Source: Gammaproteobacteria bacterium
Lineage (GTDB): Bacteria; Pseudomonadota; Gammaproteobacteria; Natronospirales; REEB76
Length of the DNA stretch: 64,000 bases
NCBI GenBank assembly: GCA_036263155.1
Contig: DATAHN010000085.1
Coordinates: 531 to 64,530 of the forward strand
Direction of reading: 5' to 3'
The position numbers and the translations under genes are program-made. Of this stretch, positions 57,813 to 64,000 are shown piece after piece. The notes under the pieces were generated by a model. That model was not told the origin of the DNA and searched no databases. It worked only from the letters and a program-made list of their open reading frames with translations. Every line of letters starts with the position of its first letter. Position 1 is the stretch's first letter.

Positions 57813-60347
57813 CTAGACGGCGAGATCAACTATTCCACGCAACAGCCGGTCGCAATCCTCCTCTTCCAGGGGCGGACTGAAGAGATAACCTTGCATCAAA
57901 TGGCAGCCCTGAGCATGCAGACTCTGCATCTGGGCCACACTCTCCACCCCCTCGGCGATCACCGAAAGTTTCAGGCTATCCCCAAGGGCGATGACGGTCC
58001 GGGCGATGGCGGCGTCATATTGGCTCTTGTGGATGACATCCACGAACTCGCGGTCGATCTTGAGCACGTCCACCGGCAAGCGCTTGAGGTAAAGCAGCGA
58101 GGAATGGCCGGTGCCGAAATCGTCCAGGGCGATGCGCACCCCCAGTACCTTGAGCTGCTCCAGCACCCCGATGCTGTTCTCCACGTCCCGCATGATCAGG
58201 CTCTCGGTGATCTCGAGCTGCAGTGCCGCCGGCGGCAACCCCGAATCCTGCAAAGCGCCTCGCACAACCTCCACCAGGTTCTTCATGCCAAACTGGCGCA
58301 CCGACAGGTTCACCGCGATGTGGAACGGACGGCCGTTGGCGGCATCATGCCATTGCCGCGCCCGCTTGCAGGCCTGCTCAAGGACCCACTGGCCTAGCGG
58401 CACGATCAGCCCGGTCTCCTCTGCCAGGGGTATGAACTCCCCCGGCCAGATGAGACCTAGCTCGGGGTCGTGCCAGCGCACCAACGCCTCTAGGCCCACG
58501 ATGCCACCCTTCTCCACGTCGAATTGCGGCTGGTAGTGCAGCACCATCTCAGTGCGCTGCAGGGCCTTGCGCAGGGCATTCTCACGGGAGAGGTGCAGCA
58601 TCGCCCGCGCATGCATGTCCTGGGTGAAGAACTGGTAGTTGTTGCGGCCGCGCTCCTTGGCCTTGTACATGGCACTGTCGGCGTTCTGCAGCAGCATGTC
58701 GCCGTCCTCGCCGTCGCCGGGGAACAGGCTGATGCCGATGCTGCAGGTGAGGTTCACATCGGTCTGGCCGAGGGAGATGGGTTCCACCACCGCGGACAGG
58801 ATGCGTTCGCAGACCATGGTGATGTACTCGGCATCCTGGCAGTTCTCCAGGATCACGGTGAACTCGTCGCCGCCGAGGCGGGCCACGGTATCCGAGGCGC
58901 GCACGCAGGCCAGGAGGCGCTTGCCGATGGAACGCAGCACCAGGTCGCCGGCGTGATGCCCCAGGGAATCGTTGATGCTCTTGAAACGGTCCACGTCTAT
59001 GAACAGCAGCGCGGTGCGCTGGCGGGCACGGCGTGCCTTGGCCAGCCCCTGGGCCAGGCGGTCCAGGAACAGCGAGCGGTTCGGCAGGCCCGTGAGCCGG
59101 TCGTAGTTGGCCATCTCGCGCAACTTATCCTCGGCCGCGCGCCGGTCGTTGGAAGTGAGCCCCAAGGCCACGAAATCCGCCAGTGAACTCGCGAAGCTTG
59201 CTTCGTCGCGGGTCCACTCCCGCGTGCCGCCCTGGTACTCGTGAGTGATGATGCCGCGCACCTTGTGGCCTTGCCGGAATGGCGCCACCAGCAGCGCGGT
59301 GATGCCGTTGGGCTTGAGATACTCCTGGCGCAACTCGCTGATGCGGGCGTCGCCGGCCACGTCGCTTACCGCATAGGTGCGTGTCTCCTGGATCGAGTGG
59401 AACAGGGAAGGACTGCGGCGCTTGTCTATGAGTTCCCCGCCGCCGTTGCCGTGCTCGCCGCCACTGTAGACATGCACGCAGCGCAGGGTGGATCCGCTGT
59501 CATCCAGGAACCATATGCCGATGCGCCTGCAGTTCATGGCCTGCGCGGCCTTCTCGCTGATGACGGTGAGGGCGCCCTTGAGATCGCCGCCCGAGATGGT
59601 GGATTCGCGCGCCAAGTCCAGCAGCGACTGGCTCTGACGTCGCATCCGCTCCTCTCCCTCGCGTAGCTTGGTCTCGATGCGGGTGCGCTCCGACACCTGG
59701 CCGGTGAGCTCTTCCACGATGGTGGCGTAGGAGAAGCGCAGGTTGAGCCCTTCCACGAGCCGCTCGTTAGCGATGCTCGCCACCGCGCACATCAGGGCCG
59801 CGGCGGCGGCGGCCAGCACCAGGATCAACAAAGAGACACGGTCGGCGCCCATGATCAGCCGCGAGGCCGCGGGCACCAGCACCAGCGCCAGGAACGGGAA
59901 ATAATGCAGCACGCTGGCACTGAGCAAGGGGACCGCGAGCGCCGCCACGCAGGCCATGAGCAGCATCCCCGGTGCGGCGGTGCTCCAGTAGCCAGGCAGC
60001 ACCAGTCCGGCGCCGAGGGCGCCCCAGCTTGCGGCAAGCAGCAGTGTAAGGGCGAGGTAGCCGCGCTGCCAGGGCTGCGCCTCCTCCACCGGGATGGTGC
60101 GCCGCCGGAACAGGATTCCAAAGCAGGCCCGCAGCAGTGCACTCAGGGCGAGCGCCACCGCGCACCCTGCAGGATAGCTACCGCCCTCCTCGCCCCAATA
60201 CACCCAGAAGAAGACTGCGGCGGCAGCCAGGCTCGGCCAGTCTGCCGCCCAGCCGAAGCGATACAGCAGGTTGGTCTGTTCGGCCCGGACCTGCCGCGCG
60301 ACCTCTTCGTTATGTATCTCGGGACAGACCGCAGTGGTAATGGGCAC
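57813..60347 (-). CDS. Membrane sensor GAF-GGDEF-EAL protein, tandem paralog of 55156-57681
   Basis: 844 aa with the same architecture as its neighbour. It has RLGGDEFTVIL, LEALVRW and DDFGTGHSSL, and shares long identical stretches with the neighbour (e.g. LLQNADSAMYKAKERGRNNYQFFTQDMHA). Confidence 0.9.
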   Translation of the reverse strand: MPITTAVCPEIHNEEVARQVRAEQTNLLYRFGWAADWPSLAAAAVFFWVYWGEEGGSYPAGCAVALALSALLRACFGILFRRRTIPVEEAQPWQRGYLALTLLLAASWGALGAGLVLPGYWSTAAPGMLLMACVAALAVPLLSASVLHYFPFLALVLVPAASRLIMGADRVSLLILVLAAAAAALMCAVASIANERLVEGLNLRFSYATIVEELTGQVSERTRIETKLREGEERMRRQSQSLLDLARESTISGGDLKGALTVISEKAAQAMNCRRIGIWFLDDSGSTLRCVHVYSGGEHGNGGGELIDKRRSPSLFHSIQETRTYAVSDVAGDARISELRQEYLKPNGITALLVAPFRQGHKVRGIITHEYQGGTREWTRDEASFASSLADFVALGLTSNDRRAAEDKLREMANYDRLTGLPNRSLFLDRLAQGLAKARRARQRTALLFIDVDRFKSINDSLGHHAGDLVLRSIGKRLLACVRASDTVARLGGDEFTVILENCQDAEYITMVCERILSAVVEPISLGQTDVNLTCSIGISLFPGDGEDGDMLLQNADSAMYKAKERGRNNYQFFTQDMHARAMLHLSRENALRKALQRTEMVLHYQPQFDVEKGGIVGLEALVRWHDPELGLIWPGEFIPLAEETGLIVPLGQWVLEQACKRARQWHDAANGRPFHIAVNLSVRQFGMKNLVEVVRGALQDSGLPPAALQLEITESLIMRDVENSIGVLEQLKVLGVRIALDDFGTGHSSLLYLKRLPVDVLKIDREFVDVIHKSQYDAAIARTVIALGDSLKLSVIAEGVESVAQMQSLHAQGCHLMQGYLFSPPLEEEDCDRLLRGIVDLAV

Positions 60348-60612
60348 GCTCGGAGCCTCTCCACGCCTTGCGGAAAATCAGGTTCGTTTGGAACCCACCC
60401 TTCTTGACGCGCCAAACCCTGGCCTTGAGACGAACGCTCCCCGTAGAAGGATATTAGTTAACTTAAATTCACTATACCAGCGCCGGCTTTCCCCGGGTGA
60501 ATACCCTAGGAATGCACCATATCGCGCATGGATTTGAGCAAAACATCACAAACCCCTCATGACCGGCAAGGCAGGATGCGCTTGCCAGATTACTAAAAGA
60601 AGGGACTCTTAC

Positions 60613-62499
60613 ATGTTTCTCCAAAGCATAACTCCACGCGCGCTGCAGTTCGCGGTGCTCTCCACACTGCTCGCGCTCGCCGCCTGCGGCGGCTCCGGCT
60701 CGAACCTCGCCTCCAACGGTGGTGGTGGCGGAAGCGGTGGCGGTGGTGGCGGGATCACGGACTCCAACGTGGACTGCACCCAACCCAAGTCGACGGATGA
60801 CGACGGCTGTGTCTATGTATCCATGACGGATGAGGCCGGCGACTTCCTCACCTATACCGTCAGTATCACCCGCTTCACCATCACCAAGCGCGACGGCACC
60901 GAAGTCAACGTCCTGCCTCATCCCATCACAGTGGATTTCGCGCAGTACAATGACCTCAGCGAGTACCTGGCGCTGGGAGGCATCTCGACCGGCGACTACC
61001 AGGGCGGCAAGATCACGCTCGACTTCACCCACGCGGATATCCAGGAACAGAGTGCTTCCGGGACGGCCGTGCAGCTGACGCCGGTGGATGGCAGCGGCAA
61101 GACCCTCACGACCCAGGATGTCACCTTCACCCTGGATTCGGACCACCCGTTCGATCCGGCGGCAGGCGTGCCACACGTCCTCGGCGTGGACTTCGACCTC
61201 GACGCCTCCAATAGCATCAACAACACCAGCAAGACCGTCACCGTGCGGCCCTTCCTGGTCGCCACGGTGGACCCGAGCGACGGCAAACTGCAACGGATCC
61301 AGGGATCGCTGGACAGCGTGGACACCGGCAGCAGCGACTTCACGCTTGAGCTGCATCCATTCCGCGCCACCAGCGGAGACTATGGCAAGCTGGCAGCGCA
61401 CGGCATGGCATCCACCGTCTATGTGGTGGACGGCAAGATGTCTCTGGGCAGCACCGGCCTGGCGGCCTTGAAATCCGCGGGTAGCGGCACGGCCGTGCTG
61501 GCTCGGGGCCAGTTCGACTTCAGCAGCCACCGCTTCGTCGCTGACCGGGTGTTCGCAGGTTCCTCGACCCCCGGCGGCACCTCCGACACAGTCGAGGGTC
61601 TCGTGACGAAGCGCAGTGGCAACACCCTCACCCTGCGTGGCGCCAACATCTATCGTGCCGGCGGCAGCGCGAGCTTCCACGATACCGTGACCGTGGTCGT
61701 CGATACGGCGACCGTGGTGCGTGAGGCTGAGCGACCCAAGACCACCTTCCACAGCGACGACATCTCGGTGGGACAGAAGCTGTTGGTTTTCGGTGACCTG
61801 ACGGCCGCTACCCGCCTGGATGCGACCGGCGGTTTTGCCTTGCTCGAAGAGACCCCTCTTGACGGCTCGGTGCTGACCATCAGCAGCGGCGGCAGCGGCA
61901 CCCAGGCCAGCATCAACCTGGATGTGCAGGCCATCGGCGGTCGCGACGTGAGCACGTTCGACTTCTCGGGTACCAATAGCGACAGCGCGAACTACGAAGT
62001 GCGCCTGCCCTGCAGCTGCCTGAGCACCGGCGTGAACACCAGCGATCCAGTGCGGGTCACCGGCTTCGTGACGCCCTTCGGTTCGGCCCAGCCTGACTTC
62101 AAGGCGCAGACGCTGGTGGACTATGACGTCGGCGGCTCGACCGTGATCGCCACCTGGCCGGGCACTGGTACCGCAAGCGCCTTCACGGACATCGATGTCA
62201 ACAGCGGCATCGTGCTGGACCTGGATGGCTCATCGCACCACAGCCTGCGCCGGGGCGGCGCGACGCTGGACCTCAAGAGCCTGGCGACCGCCCCCACCAT
62301 CAAGGGCGCGGACATCGGCAGCTACTCGCTGCTCCAGGGAGGGGAAGTGCATGGCTACGTGCGCTACAGCGACTTCGTGGCAGCCTTGCAGGACGCTCTC
62401 TCCGGCGGAGCCAAGGTACGCGGCTTCTTCGCCCGCGGTGGGTTCAGCATCACGACGGATACATTGGATTCGAATGATATCCTCGTATCGCTGGACTGA
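60613..62499 (+). CDS. Large beta-rich lipoprotein (DUF4382/DUF5666-like)
   Basis: I placed the start at ATG 60613. The lipobox LLALAACGG is followed by a Gly/Ser linker (GGGGGSGGGGGG). The VYVSMTDEAGDFLTYTVSITRFTITKRDGTEVNV region resembles DUF4382 (from memory). Confidence 0.55.
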   Translation: MFLQSITPRALQFAVLSTLLALAACGGSGSNLASNGGGGGSGGGGGGITDSNVDCTQPKSTDDDGCVYVSMTDEAGDFLTYTVSITRFTITKRDGTEVNVLPHPITVDFAQYNDLSEYLALGGISTGDYQGGKITLDFTHADIQEQSASGTAVQLTPVDGSGKTLTTQDVTFTLDSDHPFDPAAGVPHVLGVDFDLDASNSINNTSKTVTVRPFLVATVDPSDGKLQRIQGSLDSVDTGSSDFTLELHPFRATSGDYGKLAAHGMASTVYVVDGKMSLGSTGLAALKSAGSGTAVLARGQFDFSSHRFVADRVFAGSSTPGGTSDTVEGLVTKRSGNTLTLRGANIYRAGGSASFHDTVTVVVDTATVVREAERPKTTFHSDDISVGQKLLVFGDLTAATRLDATGGFALLEETPLDGSVLTISSGGSGTQASINLDVQAIGGRDVSTFDFSGTNSDSANYEVRLPCSCLSTGVNTSDPVRVTGFVTPFGSAQPDFKAQTLVDYDVGGSTVIATWPGTGTASAFTDIDVNSGIVLDLDGSSHHSLRRGGATLDLKSLATAPTIKGADIGSYSLLQGGEVHGYVRYSDFVAALQDALSGGAKVRGFFARGGFSITTDTLDSNDILVSLD

Positions 62500-62522
62500 A
62501 ATCGAAGACGAGATCGGACGTG

Positions 62523-62546
62523 GACGGCCCGCGCGAGCGGGCCGTC
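62523..62546. terminator. GC-rich hairpin between convergent genes
   Basis: The stem GACGGCCCGC/GCGGGCCGTC has loop GCGA and only weak T-tracts on either side. Confidence 0.45.
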
Positions 62547-62549
62547 TGC

Positions 62550-64000
62550 TTAGGGGGAGTCGTTGAACATCGCGAGGCCGCTGTGTAGCAACGCCTCGAT
62601 GTGGTGCGCGGCCTGGGGATGGGCGAACAGGTAACCTTGTCCTTGCTCACATTCCAGGGTCTTCAGGAACTCCCACTGGGCGGCAGTCTCGACGCCTTCC
62701 GCGATCACCTGGATACCCAGGCTCTTGGCCATGGCTACGATCGCCCGCACGATCGCCTGCTGGTGCTCGTCATGGGGCAGGTTGCTCACGAAGGCCCGGT
62801 CCACCTTGAGGTAGTCCACCCGGTACTGGCGCAGGTAGTTCAGCGAGGAATAGCCGGTGCCGAAGTCGTCGATGGCGATGCCGACACCGAGGTCATGCAA
62901 GGCCGCCAGCACCTCGCGCGTCCGCTCGGGGTTCTCCATCATGCTGCTCTCGGTGAGCTCCAGTACCAGACCGCCGGGCAATAGCCCTGTCTCATCCAGG
63001 ATCGCCACGAGCCGATCCAGGAAATCGGGCTGGCGCAACTGGCGCGCGGAGATGTTCACCGCCATGTGCATGTCCTGCAGCCCTGCCTCCTGCCATGCCC
63101 GCATCTGCAGGCAGGCGCTCCTCAGCACCCACTCGCCAAGACGCACGATGTGACCGGTCTCTTCCGCCATCGGGATGAATCGCGACGGCGGTATCAAGCC
63201 GAGCTCCGGATGGTTCCAGCGCAACAGGGCCTCTGCGCCGCTGATGCGGCCGGTGTAGAGGTCGAAATAAGGCTGGTAGTGCAGGAACAACTCGCCGTGC
63301 TCCACCGCATGCCTGAGGCCGGTGGTGAGCCGAAGCGACTCTGCCGCATCGGTCTCCACGCCGGAGAAGCTCTCGATGCTGCCGGCGCCGCGGCGCATGG
63401 CGGCATGCATCGCATGCCCCGCATGCCGGAACAGCGTCTGTGCGTCCTGGTCCGGCGGCGAGAGGGCGATACCGATGCTCGCCGATAGCGTCAGGCTGTG
63501 TCCCTGGCTGTCCAGTGGCGCTTCGAAGCTGGCGAGGATGTTGCGCGCCATGTCACGCGCCTCGGCCTCTGAAGCGGTCTGGGTAAGCAGCACACCGAAG
63601 CCGTCACTACCGAGGTGGAATGCCTCGCCCCAGCCCGCCACCGTCTCCGCCAAGCGCCTCGCCAGCTTGCGTAGCGCATCATCCCCCACGGCGGTGCCGA
63701 AGGAGCGGTTAACCAGGCTGAAGTTGTCTATGTCGAGGTAGAGCAGCGCCATGAGCCGGTCGTCCCGGCCCGGATGCTCCACCGCCTGGGCCAGGCGGCG
63801 CATCAGCATGAAGCGGTTGGGCAGGCCGCTCAGGGCGTCATGGCTGGAGAGGAACGCCATGCGGTCCTCATATTTGTGCACCTGCGTCGCGTCCGTCACC
63901 ACCGCCACGTAGCGCCCGGGATGACCCTGCCTGCCGCGCAGATTGCTCAGGCTCACCAGCTCCGGGAAAGTGCTGCCATCGTTGCGCCGGTCCGTGAGCT
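62550..64000 (-). CDS. PAS-(degenerate GGDEF)-EAL protein, 5' end beyond window
   Basis: The frame stays open to the window edge (..LTDRRNDGSTFPELVSLSNLRGR is PAS-like). The GGDEF site reads GSDGF. EAL (AEALLRW) and DDFGTGYSSL are intact. Confidence 0.85.
   Translation of the reverse strand, partial: LTDRRNDGSTFPELVSLSNLRGRQGHPGRYVAVVTDATQVHKYEDRMAFLSSHDALSGLPNRFMLMRRLAQAVEHPGRDDRLMALLYLDIDNFSLVNRSFGTAVGDDALRKLARRLAETVAGWGEAFHLGSDGFGVLLTQTASEAEARDMARNILASFEAPLDSQGHSLTLSASIGIALSPPDQDAQTLFRHAGHAMHAAMRRGAGSIESFSGVETDAAESLRLTTGLRHAVEHGELFLHYQPYFDLYTGRISGAEALLRWNHPELGLIPPSRFIPMAEETGHIVRLGEWVLRSACLQMRAWQEAGLQDMHMAVNISARQLRQPDFLDRLVAILDETGLLPGGLVLELTESSMMENPERTREVLAALHDLGVGIAIDDFGTGYSSLNYLRQYRVDYLKVDRAFVSNLPHDEHQQAIVRAIVAMAKSLGIQVIAEGVETAAQWEFLKTLECEQGQGYLFAHPQAAHHIEALLHSGLAMFNDSP

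Noticed and set aside
60715-60755. GGT/GGC-rich tandem-looking nucleotide repeat
   Set aside because: It encodes the Gly/Ser linker (GGGGGSGGGGGG) following the lipobox of the large lipoprotein. It is coding low complexity, not a VNTR or CRISPR-like element.

Overview
This is a visibly GC-rich proteobacterial chromosomal segment. The gene order (ilvC-like/pssA, apbC<>metG, hda-perM-DUF2066<>purMN-DUF3108, aceE-aceF-lpdA, rnfB-like/nth) is typical of Gamma-/Betaproteobacteria. It is densely packed with about 65 protein genes, most of them housekeeping. I found no rRNA, tRNA, CRISPR array, transposase/IS, integrase or phage genes. Many long ORFs in the track are antisense or out-of-frame artefacts of the high GC content, and I trimmed or rejected them. 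The accessory-looking part is 26.2-34.5 kb. It holds two paralogous MNIO (DUF692) + DUF2063 RiPP clusters of the bufferin type. One is a canonical 4-Cys DUF2282 precursor operon ending in DoxX (minus strand, 32094-34503). The other is a 6-Cys precursor operon (plus strand, 27659-30556) whose last, translationally coupled gene is a secreted HExxH protein instead of DoxX. The two clusters bracket a yqjD/yqjE/yqjK-like module. The 6-Cys cluster sits divergent to a His-rich membrane-anchored DsbA-like protein and a small 4x16-aa repeat protein. Other points worth a second look: (1) an IlvC-like KARI carrying K130N and E226C at positions I recall as catalytic; (2) a strong promoter plus an approximately 128-nt leader plus an intrinsic terminator in front of a LysE-family exporter; (3) a coupled lipoprotein/DUF1272/lipoprotein operon; (4) a VOC gene inserted in the PDH operon with a lipoyl-domain LpdA; (5) a terminator-like hairpin in the aceE leader; (6) a c-di-GMP cluster at 55-64 kb with two tandem paralogous GAF-GGDEF-EAL genes, a large DUF4382-like lipoprotein and a PAS-(degenerate GGDEF)-EAL gene cut by the window edge. 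All family assignments come from motif recognition by eye. No database search was run.
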